A stretch of DNA of 64,000 bases from contig CAXXWQ010000004.1 in NCBI GenBank assembly GCA_963674945.2, positions 2,304,001 through 2,368,000 on the forward strand, given 5' to 3'. Each line of letters opens with the position of its first letter. Position 1 is the first letter of the stretch. The DNA is from an uncultured Desulfosarcina sp. (GTDB lineage Bacteria > Desulfobacterota > Desulfobacteria > Desulfobacterales > Desulfosarcinaceae). Below are positions 19,681 to 31,075 of this stretch, one piece after another. Made by a program: the position numbers and the translations under genes. The notes beneath the pieces were generated by a model, which saw only the letters and a program-made list of their open reading frames with translations, ran no database searches and was not told where the DNA came from.

Positions 19681-20088
<408 letters not shown>

Positions 20089-20141
20089 TCCATCAGCAAA
20101 CCTTTATCACTCTATTATAATAAACGGTAAGGAGAAAAAAA

Positions 20142-21551
20142 ATGAGAATGAAAGCAATTGCCCTGCTGATACTGGCCGCCCTGATTGGTGTTCCCGCTGC
20201 ACTGGCAGCAGATACCGAAGCCCCAACGGTAATGACGAACAAGGAGGCCATCGATCTGGTCCAGACCCATGCCAACTACCTGTGGACCCTCATAGCAGCA
20301 GCCCTGGTCTTTTTCATGCAGGCCGGTTTCGCCATGGTCGAGGCCGGTTTCACACGGGCGAAAAATTCCATTAACATCATGATGAAAAACCTCATGGACT
20401 TTTCCATCGGCTCCATCGGCTATTGGGCCATCGGTTTCGGCCTCATGTTTGGTGCCACCTCCACCGGATGGTTCGGAACCAGTGGTTTCTTCCTCAGTGA
20501 TTGGACGCCAGATGGTGACCCCTGGGTGCTGGCCTTCTGGATGTTTCAGGTGGTTTTCGCCGCCACCGCCGCCACCATCGTTTCCGGCGCCATGGCCGAG
20601 CGTACCAAGTTTACCGGATACATCATCTACAGCTGTATTGTATCCGCATTGATTTATCCCATCTTCGGTTCCTGGGCATGGGGAAGCCTTCTTAACGGCA
20701 GCGGATGGCTGGAAAAATTCGGTTTCATCGACTTTGCCGGCTCCACCGTCGTCCACTCGGTGGGCGGCTGGGCCGCCCTGGCCGGCGCCATTGTGCTGGG
20801 CCCCCGTATCGGCAAATATACCAAGGACGGCAAGATCAAACCCATCATGGGCCACAATATCCCCCTTGCCGCTCTCGGCGTCTTCATCCTGTGGCTGGGT
20901 TGGTTCGGATTCAACCCCGGTTCCACCACCACGGCGGATACCAGTATCGCCATGATCTTCGTCAACACCAATCTGGCTGCCGCGGCAGGTGCATGTTTGG
21001 CAATGATCGTCTCCTGGATCAAGTTCGGCAAGCCGGAAGTGGGCATGAGCCTCAACGGTGCCCTGGCGGGCCTGGTGGGCATCACGGCGGGCTGCGCCAA
21101 CGTGAGTCCGTCCAGCGCCATCATGATCGGTGCCATCGCGGGTATCATCGTGGTCTTCTCGGTACTGTTCTTCGATAAAATCAAGGTGGATGATCCGGTC
21201 GGCGCCATTTCCGTTCACGGCGTCTGCGGTGCCTGGGGCACCTTGGGTGCCGGCCTTTTCAACATCAGTGGCACATCCGCAAAGATCATTGGTGTACAGC
21301 TCTTGGGTATCTCTGCCTGTTTTCTATGGACCTTCCCGATGGCGTTCATCATGTTTAAACTTATCGATAAAACCATCGGCCTGCGCGTATCGCCGGAAGA
21401 AGAGCTGGAAGGACTGGATCACACCGAACATGGCGGTATCGCCTACCCCGACTTCGGCGTCTCCACCCACGGCGGCATTTCCTCGATCTCCGGGACATCT
21501 GCGGCAGCGGCCAGTTATGCGGCCTCGTCGGAGCCCGTAACCCAGTCGTAG
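20142..21551 (+). CDS. amtB: Ammonium transporter (paralog 1)
   Basis: FFMQAGFAMVEAG, DFAGSTVVH, WFGFNPGS, DDPVGAISVHG (twin His present). Confidence 0.96.
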   Translation: MRMKAIALLILAALIGVPAALAADTEAPTVMTNKEAIDLVQTHANYLWTLIAAALVFFMQAGFAMVEAGFTRAKNSINIMMKNLMDFSIGSIGYWAIGFGLMFGATSTGWFGTSGFFLSDWTPDGDPWVLAFWMFQVVFAATAATIVSGAMAERTKFTGYIIYSCIVSALIYPIFGSWAWGSLLNGSGWLEKFGFIDFAGSTVVHSVGGWAALAGAIVLGPRIGKYTKDGKIKPIMGHNIPLAALGVFILWLGWFGFNPGSTTTADTSIAMIFVNTNLAAAAGACLAMIVSWIKFGKPEVGMSLNGALAGLVGITAGCANVSPSSAIMIGAIAGIIVVFSVLFFDKIKVDDPVGAISVHGVCGAWGTLGAGLFNISGTSAKIIGVQLLGISACFLWTFPMAFIMFKLIDKTIGLRVSPEEELEGLDHTEHGGIAYPDFGVSTHGGISSISGTSAAAASYAASSEPVTQS

Positions 21552-21612
21552 CCAAGAGTGGATTGGTAAAACCATAACGAATCACCCACCACCCAACTCC
21601 TCCTCCCCCATG

Positions 21613-21666
21613 GAATGCACCCTGGGACGGTTTCTCCCACCGCCTCGGGGTGCATTCTTTTTCTTT
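21613..21666 (+). terminator. Intrinsic terminator after amtB1
   Basis: GAATGCACCC...GGGTGCATTC followed by TTTTTCTTTT. Confidence 0.75.
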
Positions 21667-21729
21667 TCCAAGCCACCCGCTTTGCGGGTGACCGTTGACG
21701 CAGAGGCAAATCTCGTTTCCGCACTAACA

Positions 21730-21776
21730 ATTTCAAAAATGTAATTTTATGGACGAAAAAATTACATTTTTGAAAT
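21730..21776. promoter_or_regulatory. 19-bp perfect inverted repeat made of two ATTAC-N6-GTAAT-like sites upstream of glnD
   Basis: ATTTCAAAAATGTAATTTT-9nt-AAAATTACATTTTTGAAAT. Confidence 0.7.
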
Positions 21777-21854
21777 AGGCATTTGATTTTCGAAGAGAAC
21801 ACATATATTTATATATACTTGATATCTCTATATATTTTTTCAATTCATCGTTTA

Positions 21855-21870
21855 TGGCACGTGGGTTGCT
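21855..21870 (+). promoter_or_regulatory. sigma54 promoter of glnD-amtB-glnB-glnA
   Basis: TGGCAC-GTGGG-TTGCT, exact consensus. Confidence 0.88.
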
Positions 21871-21913
21871 TTACCTTATCCACATTCACTCACCATAAAA
21901 GTCACGTTAAAAC

Positions 21914-24574
21914 ATGGATACGATGGAAACCACCCGCGACAACAAATATGCAGATGCCTCCAAGGCGCTGGCCCATGGGCGGCAGTGCCTCATCGAGGAC
22001 CTGGTTGCGGGAAAGACAGCCGGTTTTCTCGAAAATCACGCTCGGCTCATCGATGATTATTTTCGCCAAAGTTATGAAAAAAGTGTCGTCGGGCCGAAAA
22101 TGGATATCGCCAAAAATCCCTATGCCGTGGTGGCGCTGGGTGGATACGGCCGGGCGGAGCAATGTGTCTACTCCGACGTGGACCTGTTGTTCCTGTTCGA
22201 AAAACGGGTCCCCCAGGTGGCCGAAGATCTGGTCCGGGAGATCATCTACCCCTTATGGGACATGGGACTTGACGTGGGCCACGCCACACGTTCCATAAAA
22301 GAGTGCGTCTCCATGGCCCGGCAGGACTATGAAGTACTTACGTCGATCTTGGATGCCCGTTTCATCTGCGGCATGTCTCCGCTGTTCATGAAGCTCATGG
22401 ACACGATCCGTTCCAAGTTCATCAATCTCAAACCCGATGCCATCATTTCCTGGCTGGTGGACACCAATCGCGAGCGACATCGGCGGTTCGGCGACTCCTC
22501 CTACCTGCTCGAGCCCAATTTCAAAGAGGGGCAAGGGGGGCTTCGTGACTATCATACCATGTTGTGGATCGCCAAAATCCGCTCCGGCATCAAAGAGCGA
22601 AGGGACCTGGAGTATTACGGCTATTTTTCCCACGACGACTACCTTCGTTTGTCCGATGCATTGGATTTCATATGGAACATTCGAAATCGATTCCACCTTA
22701 TGACCAATCGGAAAAGTGATCGAATCCATCTGGAGCAACAGCGAAAGCTGGCCGAAGTGATGGACGTACCGCCGGTGAACGGCCACCTTCCCGTGGAACA
22801 ACTCCTGGGCGAACTCCACGGCCACATGGAATATGTCAAGCAGCAACACGAAATATTTCTGTTCGAGTTGGAACAGAGAAAGCGGCTCAAACGAAAGAAC
22901 AAGGGCCTGAAGACCTCCCAGGTCAAGGGGCTGAAGTTCAATCGGGGCATGCTGAACTTTACGTCACCGGAAATGATTCTCAACAATCCGCGCCTGCTCA
23001 TGGATATCTTCGCCGAAAGCGCCGCCCAAAAAGCACCTTTGAGCAGTGAAGCCATGCGTCTGGTAAAGGATTTCAATCATTTGGTAAATGCGCGTTTCAG
23101 AAGCGATGCCGAAGTGGTGAGACAATTTGAGCGAATCCTCATCCGATCGTCGCGTGCCTTCGATGTACTCAACCAGATGCTCAATACCGAGTTTTTGGAA
23201 CGCTTCATTCCCGAATTTGCTGCCGTGATCAACCGGATTCAGTTCGATCAGTATCACCTCTACCCCGTTGCCCGACATCTGCTCTATTGCATCAAGACCA
23301 TCAAGGGATTCGAAAACGAGGAGAGCGCCGAAACAGACCAACTCGCGCATCGATTGTACAAAGAGGTGAAGAAAAAGAAAGTACTTTTATGGGCCACCCT
23401 GCTGCACGATATCGGCAAGGGAGAGCCCACCGCCGGCCATTCCGAGCGCGGCGCCGCCATGGCGGAAAAGATACTGCTGGAAAAAGGCGCCGGCGCGGCC
23501 GATGCCAAGGCCGTCGCCTTTCTTGTCGAGCACCATCTGTTATTGGTCCAGACCGCCACAAGAAGGGACATCAACGACGAAGAGACCGCCATCGCCATGG
23601 CCCGCATCATCAAGAAGGCCGATCAGTTGAAGATGCTCTACCTTTTGACCGTGGCGGATTCTATGGCCACCGGCCCCAAGGCTTGGAACGACTGGACATC
23701 GTCCCTTTTGAAGAACCTTTTTTTCAAAGTGCTCAATGTACTCGATAGCGGCGAGTTGGCCACAGGCCGTGCCGTAAAGACCATCGACAAGAAAAAAGAT
23801 GCCGTGATCGACGCCATGGCATCGGAGATGCCAACGGATCGGCTGGAGATGCTCTTGCAGTTCATGTCCCCACGGTATATGCTTTATACACCGGCGACCG
23901 TCATCCCCCAGCACGTCCGACTTTTCAACCGTCTCGGCGACCGTCCTTTCGTATGGCAGATCGACCAGTCATTGGATTCCAACACCCGCACCGTCACCAT
24001 CTGCGGAAAGGATCGACCGGGGTTGATCTCCAATATTGCCGGCGTTTTTACCATGAACAACATCGACATCCTGGATGTCCAGATTTTTACCTGGCGCAAC
24101 AATATCGCATTGGACGTTTTCGAGGTTACCCCTCCCCCCGATCCCATCTTCGAGGATGAACGATGGCAGCGGGCGAGCCGAAATCTCGAGGATGCCCTGG
24201 GAGGACGGCTGGATCTGAGCGCGGAACTGATCCGGAAGGAAAAAGATGCTTCTCCCATCCAGCCGTATACGGCCCAGCGCCCCACCGTAATTTCCATAGA
24301 CAACGAAACCTCCAGCTTCTTTACCATCGTGGAGGTCGTAACCTTTGACTTTCCCGGACTCTTGTTTCGGGTAACCGACGTGCTGTTCAAAAGCGGCCTG
24401 GACATCTGGGTCGCCAAAATTGCCACCAAGGTGGATCAGGTGGTGGATGTATTTTATGTGAGGGATTTCGATGGCCAGAAGGTGGACGCACCGAAGCAGG
24501 TAGAGGCCATCAAGAAAGCCATTGCGGAAATTCTCCCGGGTGAAGATCCCATACATGGCCTAAGCCCGCTGTAA
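21914..24574 (+). CDS. glnD: [Protein-PII] uridylyltransferase/uridylyl-removing enzyme
   Basis: ALGGYGR...SDVDL nucleotidyltransferase motif; LLEPNFKEGQGGLRD; HD motif LLHDIGKG; two C-terminal ACT domains. Confidence 0.95.
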   Translation: MDTMETTRDNKYADASKALAHGRQCLIEDLVAGKTAGFLENHARLIDDYFRQSYEKSVVGPKMDIAKNPYAVVALGGYGRAEQCVYSDVDLLFLFEKRVPQVAEDLVREIIYPLWDMGLDVGHATRSIKECVSMARQDYEVLTSILDARFICGMSPLFMKLMDTIRSKFINLKPDAIISWLVDTNRERHRRFGDSSYLLEPNFKEGQGGLRDYHTMLWIAKIRSGIKERRDLEYYGYFSHDDYLRLSDALDFIWNIRNRFHLMTNRKSDRIHLEQQRKLAEVMDVPPVNGHLPVEQLLGELHGHMEYVKQQHEIFLFELEQRKRLKRKNKGLKTSQVKGLKFNRGMLNFTSPEMILNNPRLLMDIFAESAAQKAPLSSEAMRLVKDFNHLVNARFRSDAEVVRQFERILIRSSRAFDVLNQMLNTEFLERFIPEFAAVINRIQFDQYHLYPVARHLLYCIKTIKGFENEESAETDQLAHRLYKEVKKKKVLLWATLLHDIGKGEPTAGHSERGAAMAEKILLEKGAGAADAKAVAFLVEHHLLLVQTATRRDINDEETAIAMARIIKKADQLKMLYLLTVADSMATGPKAWNDWTSSLLKNLFFKVLNVLDSGELATGRAVKTIDKKKDAVIDAMASEMPTDRLEMLLQFMSPRYMLYTPATVIPQHVRLFNRLGDRPFVWQIDQSLDSNTRTVTICGKDRPGLISNIAGVFTMNNIDILDVQIFTWRNNIALDVFEVTPPPDPIFEDERWQRASRNLEDALGGRLDLSAELIRKEKDASPIQPYTAQRPTVISIDNETSSFFTIVEVVTFDFPGLLFRVTDVLFKSGLDIWVAKIATKVDQVVDVFYVRDFDGQKVDAPKQVEAIKKAIAEILPGEDPIHGLSPL

Positions 24575-24623
24575 CCGACAACAGGAAAGACCAGTAAAAA
24601 AAACACCAGCAGAGGGGGAGAAG

Positions 24624-25913
24624 ATGAAATTGAAATATCTGTGGTTGACGTTGCTTTTGGGATGTATTGCGACGCCGGCGTTTGCCGAAGATGTGCTAAA
24701 CACCGGCGACACGGCCTGGATGATCGTATCCACGGCACTGGTGATGATGATGACGCCGGCCGGGCTGGCCCTTTTTTACGGTGGCATGTCACGATATAAG
24801 AACCTTTTGAATACCCTGGCCATGACATTCGTCTCCTATTGTCTGGCAAGCATCATCTGGATGATGTGGGGATATACGCTGGCATTCGGATCGAGCAAGG
24901 GTGGCATCATCGGCGGTTTCGAACATTTCTTTCTGTCCGGAATCGGCGTGGAAAGCCTCTCCGGCTCCATTCCCACCTATGTGTTCGCCCTTTTTCAGAT
25001 GACATTCGCCGGCATCACCGTGGCGCTCGTACTCGGATCCATCGTGGATCGAATGAAATTCTCCTCCTGGATCGTCTTCACCATTTTGTGGGTCACGTTC
25101 ATCTACTGTCCCATCGCCCACTGGGTGTGGGGCGGGGGCTGGATGGGCGAGATGGGCGCATTGGATTTCGCCGGCGGAAACGTGGTCCACATCAACGCCG
25201 GTGTGGCCGGCCTCGTGCTCTCGCTGGTCCTGGGAAAACGACTCGGTTACGGCAAGGAGGCCATGTTTCCCTCGTCCATCACCCTGTGCGCATTGGGAGC
25301 GGCACTGTTGTGGTTCGGCTGGTTCGGGTTCAACGCCGGAAGCGAATTGGCCGCAGACGGCGTCGCTGCATCGGCTTTTCTCGTAACCAATACCTCCGCC
25401 GCAACCGCGGCCATGACCTGGATGTTTCTCGAGTGGATCATGACCGGCAAACCCACCGTTTTGGGCATCGCCTCCGGTATCGTCGCCGGCCTGGTGTCCA
25501 TCACGCCGGCCGCCGGCTTCGTCAATATGCCCGCATCTTTGATCATCGGCCTGGGCGCTGGTGCGCTGGGATACTTTTTCGTCGCAGTGGTCAAGCAAAA
25601 GGTGGGATACGATGACTCCCTGGATGCTTTCGGCGTCCACGGTATGTGCGGCATCTGGGGGGCGCTTGCCACCGGGCTCTTCGCCAATCCTGCCATCACC
25701 GAAGGTGCGGCCGGACTCTTTTACGGAAACCCGGGCCAGTTATGGATCCAGTTTATCTCCATCATCGCCACCGCTGCCTTTACCGCCGTCGGCACGCTCA
25801 TCGTGATCTTCGTTACCAAGATATTGACCGGTGGCATTCGTATCGAACGCGAGGATGAAATCCAGGGATTGGACAATACCTTTCACGGCGAACGTGGTTT
25901 TGAAGTGATGTAA
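24624..25913 (+). CDS. amtB: Ammonium transporter (paralog 2)
   Basis: GDTAWMIVSTALV, GLALFYGG, DFAGGNVVHINAG, DDSLDAFGVHG. Confidence 0.96.
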   Translation: MKLKYLWLTLLLGCIATPAFAEDVLNTGDTAWMIVSTALVMMMTPAGLALFYGGMSRYKNLLNTLAMTFVSYCLASIIWMMWGYTLAFGSSKGGIIGGFEHFFLSGIGVESLSGSIPTYVFALFQMTFAGITVALVLGSIVDRMKFSSWIVFTILWVTFIYCPIAHWVWGGGWMGEMGALDFAGGNVVHINAGVAGLVLSLVLGKRLGYGKEAMFPSSITLCALGAALLWFGWFGFNAGSELAADGVAASAFLVTNTSAATAAMTWMFLEWIMTGKPTVLGIASGIVAGLVSITPAAGFVNMPASLIIGLGAGALGYFFVAVVKQKVGYDDSLDAFGVHGMCGIWGALATGLFANPAITEGAAGLFYGNPGQLWIQFISIIATAAFTAVGTLIVIFVTKILTGGIRIEREDEIQGLDNTFHGERGFEVM

Positions 25914-25963
25914 TATCTAACAATTGGGGAGACGACCATCGCTCTCTCGGCCATCAACAATAG

Positions 25964-26314
<351 letters not shown>

Positions 26315-26334
26315 AATCAGGTGAACAGACTGAA

Positions 26335-26412
26335 GGTGTTTAGGCTGAAGAAGAGAAAAACGATCACTTTGATCGAGCATTCCGTAACCCTTCGGCCTTC
26401 GGTCTAAACACC
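26335..26412. repeat. Long intergenic hairpin between PII gene and glnA
   Basis: GGTGTTTAGGCTGAAG ... CTTCGGTCTAAACACC, 16-bp stem with two G-U pairs. Confidence 0.6.
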
Positions 26413-26439
26413 GAATAACTTTATGACATGGAGGAAATT

Positions 26440-27852
26440 ATGACACCGCAACAAGTATTGGCAATGGCAAAAGAAAATGACCTCAAGGTCGTCGACATTC
26501 GATTCATGGACTTTCCGGGCATGTGGCAGCACTTTTCCGTCCCCATCGGAGAACTCGAAGAGGGAAGCTTCGAAGACGGATTCGGATTCGACGGTTCCAG
26601 TATTCGCGGATGGCAGCCCATCAATGCCAGCGACATGCTGGTGATTCCAGATGCCGAAACGGCAAAGATCGATCCCTTCTATAAGATACCGACATTAGTA
26701 CTCATCGGCGACATCGTCGACCCCATCACCCGGGAGGCCTACAGCCGCGACCCGAGAAATATCGCAAAGAAGGCGGAAGCCTACCTGAAAAGCACGGGCA
26801 TCGGCGACACTGCATTTTTCGGACCCGAGGCGGAATTTTTCATCTTCGACGACATCCGCTACGAAAGCCGTCGCAACGGCTCCTTCTACTCCATCGATAG
26901 CGTGGAAGCAACATGGAATACGGGCCGCTGCGAGGAACCCAACCTGGGATACAAGCCTCGCCACAAGGAGGGATACTTCCCCGTTCCCCCGTCGGACAAA
27001 TTCCAGGATCTGCGTTCGGAAATGCTGCTGACGTTGGAAAGCCTCGGCATCGACGTCGAGTGCCAGCACCACGAGGTGGCCACCGCCGGCCAGGCCGAGA
27101 TCGACATGCGCTTCAAGCCGCTGTTACAGATGGCCGACCAGCTTAAGTGGTTCAAGTATGTTCTGAAAAACGTGGCGTACAAAGCCGGCCATACGGTGAC
27201 CTTCATGCCCAAACCTCTGTTCGAAGACAATGGTACGGGCATGCACACCCATATCAGTATCTGGAAGGAAGGCAAACCCCTGTTCGCCGGAGACAAATAC
27301 GCCGGCGTCAGCCAGGAAGCCCTCTATGCCATCGGCGGCATCCTCAAGCACTGCCGTGCCCTGTGCGCCATCACCAACCCCACCACCAACTCCTACAAGC
27401 GACTGGTGCCGGGATTCGAGGCGCCGGTGAATTTGGCATACTCCAGCCGAAACCGCAGCGCGGCAGTCCGTATTCCCATGTACTCCGCATCGCCCAAGGC
27501 CAAACGGATCGAGTTCCGTACGCCGGATCCATCCTGCAACGGCTACCTGGCATTTTCCGCCATGCTCATGGCGGTCATCGACGGCATCCAGAACAAGATC
27601 GACCCAGGCGACCCGCTGGACAAGAACATCTACGACCTGCCGCCCGAAGAGTTGGCCGATATCCCCTCTGCGCCGGGTGCCCTGGACGAAGCCCTGGCCG
27701 CCCTGGCCGAAGACAATGAGTTCCTTCTCAAGGGAGACGTCTTCACAAAGGACGCCATCGACATGTGGATCGAGTACAAAACCAAAAACGAAGTCAACCC
27801 GGTGAAACTGCGTCCCCATCCCCATGAGTTTCACCTGTACTATGATATTTAG
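26440..27852 (+). CDS. glnA: Glutamine synthetase type I
   Basis: [45 protein letters not shown]; adenylylation-type site [10 protein letters not shown]. Confidence 0.97.
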   Translation: MTPQQVLAMAKENDLKVVDIRFMDFPGMWQHFSVPIGELEEGSFEDGFGFDGSSIRGWQPINASDMLVIPDAETAKIDPFYKIPTLVLIGDIVDPITREAYSRDPRNIAKKAEAYLKSTGIGDTAFFGPEAEFFIFDDIRYESRRNGSFYSIDSVEATWNTGRCEEPNLGYKPRHKEGYFPVPPSDKFQDLRSEMLLTLESLGIDVECQHHEVATAGQAEIDMRFKPLLQMADQLKWFKYVLKNVAYKAGHTVTFMPKPLFEDNGTGMHTHISIWKEGKPLFAGDKYAGVSQEALYAIGGILKHCRALCAITNPTTNSYKRLVPGFEAPVNLAYSSRNRSAAVRIPMYSASPKAKRIEFRTPDPSCNGYLAFSAMLMAVIDGIQNKIDPGDPLDKNIYDLPPEELADIPSAPGALDEALAALAEDNEFLLKGDVFTKDAIDMWIEYKTKNEVNPVKLRPHPHEFHLYYDI

Positions 27853-27974
27853 TATCCAACCGGATATTCAAAATGTTTCTGGAGATACTCATATTGATGT
27901 CTGCTCAGAAATAGAAAACAATTCTGGATAGGCATTACGCTGACCGATTCCTCCTCCCCTTTCGATTCGGTCAA

Positions 27975-28019
27975 AACCAAACGGCGATCCGTGCACTTTC
28001 GGCGGGTCGCCGTTTGGTT
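27975..28019. terminator. Hairpin between convergent glnA and lysA
   Basis: AACCAAACGGCGATCCG...CGGGTCGCCGTTTGGTT. Confidence 0.7.
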
Positions 28020-28025
28020 ATTCAG

Positions 28026-29264
28026 TTATATCTCCAACGCCACGAGATCTTCATATGTCTCCCGGCGGCGGGCAAGCGTCACTTTCTCACCGTCCACGAG
28101 AATCTCGGCGGCCCTGGGCCTGGCGTTGTACTGGGAGGACATGGTGAACCCATAAGCGCCAGCGGAAAACACCGCCAGATATTCACCGGTTTCCACCTTT
28201 GCAAGCAATCGATCCTGGGCGAGAAAATCGGAACTCTCACAGATGGGCCCCACCACATCAACTTTATGCTTTTCCCGTCCTTTTGGCGTTACCTCGCCGA
28301 TTCGGTGAAAAGCGTCATAGAGGGAGGGACGCACCAGATCATTCATGGCCGCATCCACGATGACGAAGTGTTTCGCCTGCGTCCTCTTGTTATAGAGCAC
28401 ACGGGTAACCAGGATGCCGGCGTTTCCCGAGATGGCACGACCCGGCTCCAGGATTACGGTCATCTTTCTATCGGCCAAAGAATCGACGATGATCCGACCC
28501 AAGTCCGCGGGCAGGGGCGGTTCTTCCTTGTCGTAGGTGATGCCCAGCCCGCCACCCAGATCCAGGTATTGAATATGCACACCCGACTCTTTCAGACGGT
28601 CGGCAAAGGCCAGCAACTTCTCCAATGCTTCCACGAAGGGGCCGATTCCGGTAAGCTGGCTGCCGATGTGGCAATCCATACCCACAGGTTCGACCGAGGG
28701 CATCTTCTTTGCCATAAGATAAGCACCTGCAGCTTCCAGCATGTCCAACCCGAACTTGTTCTTCTTGAGTCCCGTGGAGATGTAGGGATGGGTTTTCGGG
28801 TCCACGTCCGGATTGATCCGCAGGCTGATCCGCGTGGTTGTGTCCATGGATTCAGCCAACTGGCCGATCCGCTCCAGTTCTTGCACCGACTCCACGTTGA
28901 ACATGAGGATATCGGCCGCAAGCGCCTCTTTGATTTCGTGATCGGCTTTTCCCACCCCGGAATAGACGATCTTGTTGGAGGGAATACCGGCCTTTTGGGC
29001 CCGGTAAAGCTCTCCACCGGAAACGATGTCCACACCGGCGCCCAGCTCACCCAGCAGTCGAAGCAAGCTTACATTGCCATTGGCCTTGACGGAAAAACAG
29101 GTCAGGTGGTCCTGTCCTGCCAAGGCCTCGTCGAAGGCCCTGAAATGACGTTTTATGGTCTTCGTGGAATAGACGTACAGGGGAGTACCGAATTTCTCGG
29201 CCAGGTCGGCGATGCGAACTTTTTCCACCCATAGTTCTCCGTCGCGGTAGTCGAAATAGTCCAT
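28026..29264 (-). CDS. lysA: Diaminopimelate decarboxylase
   Basis: FGTPLYVYS, FSVKAN (PLP Lys), DIVSGGEL, HIGSQ, EPGR, VVGPICESSD, GAYG. Confidence 0.96.
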   Translation of the reverse strand: MDYFDYRDGELWVEKVRIADLAEKFGTPLYVYSTKTIKRHFRAFDEALAGQDHLTCFSVKANGNVSLLRLLGELGAGVDIVSGGELYRAQKAGIPSNKIVYSGVGKADHEIKEALAADILMFNVESVQELERIGQLAESMDTTTRISLRINPDVDPKTHPYISTGLKKNKFGLDMLEAAGAYLMAKKMPSVEPVGMDCHIGSQLTGIGPFVEALEKLLAFADRLKESGVHIQYLDLGGGLGITYDKEEPPLPADLGRIIVDSLADRKMTVILEPGRAISGNAGILVTRVLYNKRTQAKHFVIVDAAMNDLVRPSLYDAFHRIGEVTPKGREKHKVDVVGPICESSDFLAQDRLLAKVETGEYLAVFSAGAYGFTMSSQYNARPRAAEILVDGEKVTLARRRETYEDLVALEI

Positions 29265-29276
29265 GGCACCATCCTT

Positions 29277-29440
29277 TGACTGCTTCGTAAAAAACTTTTC
29301 CAGGCCAACTATGGCCAGCCAACAACATGTCCAGGAACTGATTTTCCATTATATTGCCGATTACGTGAATGGGAAAAGCTTTTTATCAAAAGTCTTTTGG
29401 AATTTGGTTGGAGAAACGAGTTCCTTGGAATTCCGATATC
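29277..29440 (+). repeat. Miniature repeat, type 2
   Basis: TGACTGCTTCGTAAAAAACTTTTCCAGGCCAACTATGGCCAG...GGAAAAGCTTTTT...AACGAGTTCCTT; aligns with the copies at 42666 and 30930. Confidence 0.8.
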
Positions 29441-29457
29441 TGCGCCTCATCCGGCGA

Positions 29458-30918
29458 TCATATTCGCGGCAGATCGCAGCATCCCTTTTCCGGAAGGTCC
29501 GTCCGCCCCATGAGGAATCGATCCATGCAGCGGGCCGCCTCCCTGCCTTCGGAGATGGCCCATACGATGAGGGACTGACCCCGGTGGGCATCGCCTGCGG
29601 CAAAGACCCCGGAACGGGAGGTCATATAATTATCGCCGGTTCGGATGTTTCCGTGTTTGTCCAGCGCAAGCCCCAGTTCTTCGACAATGGTACCGGATTC
29701 CGGACCGGTAAAGCCAAGCGCCAAGAGCACCAGGTCTGCCGGCCATTTTTTCCGTGAACCGGGAATTTCGTCGAAATGGATCGGCCGTCCTTTTTCTTTT
29801 TTCCAGGAGACTTCCACCGTCTCGATAGCACGTATCCGTCCGTCACTTCCCACGAAAGCCTTGGTGAGCACATTCCAGTGGCGGCTGCCACCCTCTTCAT
29901 GGCTGCTGCTGGTGCGAAGCCGCATGGGCCAATGGGGCCAGGGTTGAAATTCGGGGCGATCCGTCGTCGGCTGTGGCAGCAATTCGAAGTTGACCACAGA
30001 GGCCGCCCCCTGGCGATGGCTGGTTCCGATGCAGTCGCTTCCCGTGTCTCCGCCGCCGATGACGATGACATGCTTGCCCGAAGCCTCAATGGCAAGGGAC
30101 GTGGACTCACCGGAAATCACTCGGTTCTGGTCGGCCAAAAAATCCATGGCAAAGTGGATGCCGGCAAGTTCCCGGCCGGGGATGGAAAGATCCCGGGGTC
30201 GAGTACTGCCCATGCACAGGACCACGGCATCGAAATCGGTACAGAGGATTTCGCCGCCCAGGTCCACGCCTGCGCGGACATTGGTCTGGAAGGTGATTCC
30301 CTCGGCCTCCATCACAGTCAGACGACGGTCCACGACCGTCTTTTCCAGTTTGAAATCGGGAATGCCATACCGCAACAGGCCGCCGGGTCTGGCATTGCGC
30401 TCGAAAACGGTCACCGTATGACCGACGCGGTTGAGTTGGTCGGCGCAGGCCAGCCCCGACGGACCGGAACCGATAACGGCCACCCGTTTTCCCGTGCGCC
30501 GCTTCGGCGGCGTGGGGATGACCCATCCCTCCTGAAAGGCCTTTTCGATGATGGTCTTTTCGATCTGCTCGATGGTCACCGCCGGCTGGTTGATGGACAG
30601 CACGCAGGCCTCCTCGCAGGGTGCCGGACAGAGGCGACCGGTAAATTCGGGAAAGTTGTTGGTGGCCGAAAGCAGCAAAAAGGCGTCTTTCCACCGGCCG
30701 TGGTATACCTCATCGTTCCAGTCGGGAATGCGGTTTCCCAAAGGGCACCCACCGTGGCAGGTGGGAACGCCGCAGTCCATGCAGCGGGCGGCCTGGTTGC
30801 GCAAGGTCGATTCGGGAAAGGGCCGGTAGATCTCCCTGAAATCCCCCACCCTCTCTTCTACCGGCCTGCGTTCGGGCAATTGCCGGTCGTGTTCCATGAA
30901 TCCCGTGGGTTTTCCCAT
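29458..30918 (-). CDS. gltD: Glutamate synthase small subunit
   Basis: Start MGKPTGF with RBS GAGG; RCMDCGVPTC...GCP; FTGRLCPAPCE; GSGPSG; GGGDTGSDC; AGDAHRGQSLIVWAI. Confidence 0.96.
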   Translation of the reverse strand: MGKPTGFMEHDRQLPERRPVEERVGDFREIYRPFPESTLRNQAARCMDCGVPTCHGGCPLGNRIPDWNDEVYHGRWKDAFLLLSATNNFPEFTGRLCPAPCEEACVLSINQPAVTIEQIEKTIIEKAFQEGWVIPTPPKRRTGKRVAVIGSGPSGLACADQLNRVGHTVTVFERNARPGGLLRYGIPDFKLEKTVVDRRLTVMEAEGITFQTNVRAGVDLGGEILCTDFDAVVLCMGSTRPRDLSIPGRELAGIHFAMDFLADQNRVISGESTSLAIEASGKHVIVIGGGDTGSDCIGTSHRQGAASVVNFELLPQPTTDRPEFQPWPHWPMRLRTSSSHEEGGSRHWNVLTKAFVGSDGRIRAIETVEVSWKKEKGRPIHFDEIPGSRKKWPADLVLLALGFTGPESGTIVEELGLALDKHGNIRTGDNYMTSRSGVFAAGDAHRGQSLIVWAISEGREAARCMDRFLMGRTDLPEKGCCDLPRI

Positions 30919-30929
30919 GACCGTTACCT

Positions 30930-31075
30930 CATTTTTCATTACTACAATTGAAAAAGTCTTTTTTAAAAAAGCTTTTCCATCGTTTCCATCTATCGGCAAA
31001 AAAAATACGAATGAGTTTCTTGCACGCGATTGTCTGGCCATATTTGGCCTGGAAAAGCTTTTTGCGAATCCGTCA
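30930..31075 (-). repeat. Miniature repeat, type 2 (fills the gltB-gltD gap)
   Basis: Reverse complement TGACGGATTCGCAAAAAGCTTTTCCAGGCCAAATATGGCCAGACAATCGCGTGCAAGAAACTC...TGGAAAAGCTTTTT. Confidence 0.8.

Noticed and set aside
30919..31041. N-terminal extension of gltD in the ORF track (similarly gabD from 41145, mce from 18360, htpG from 61442)
   Set aside because: The extensions run through repeats, the neighbouring gene or promoter DNA; downstream ATGs have good RBSs and family-typical N-termini.
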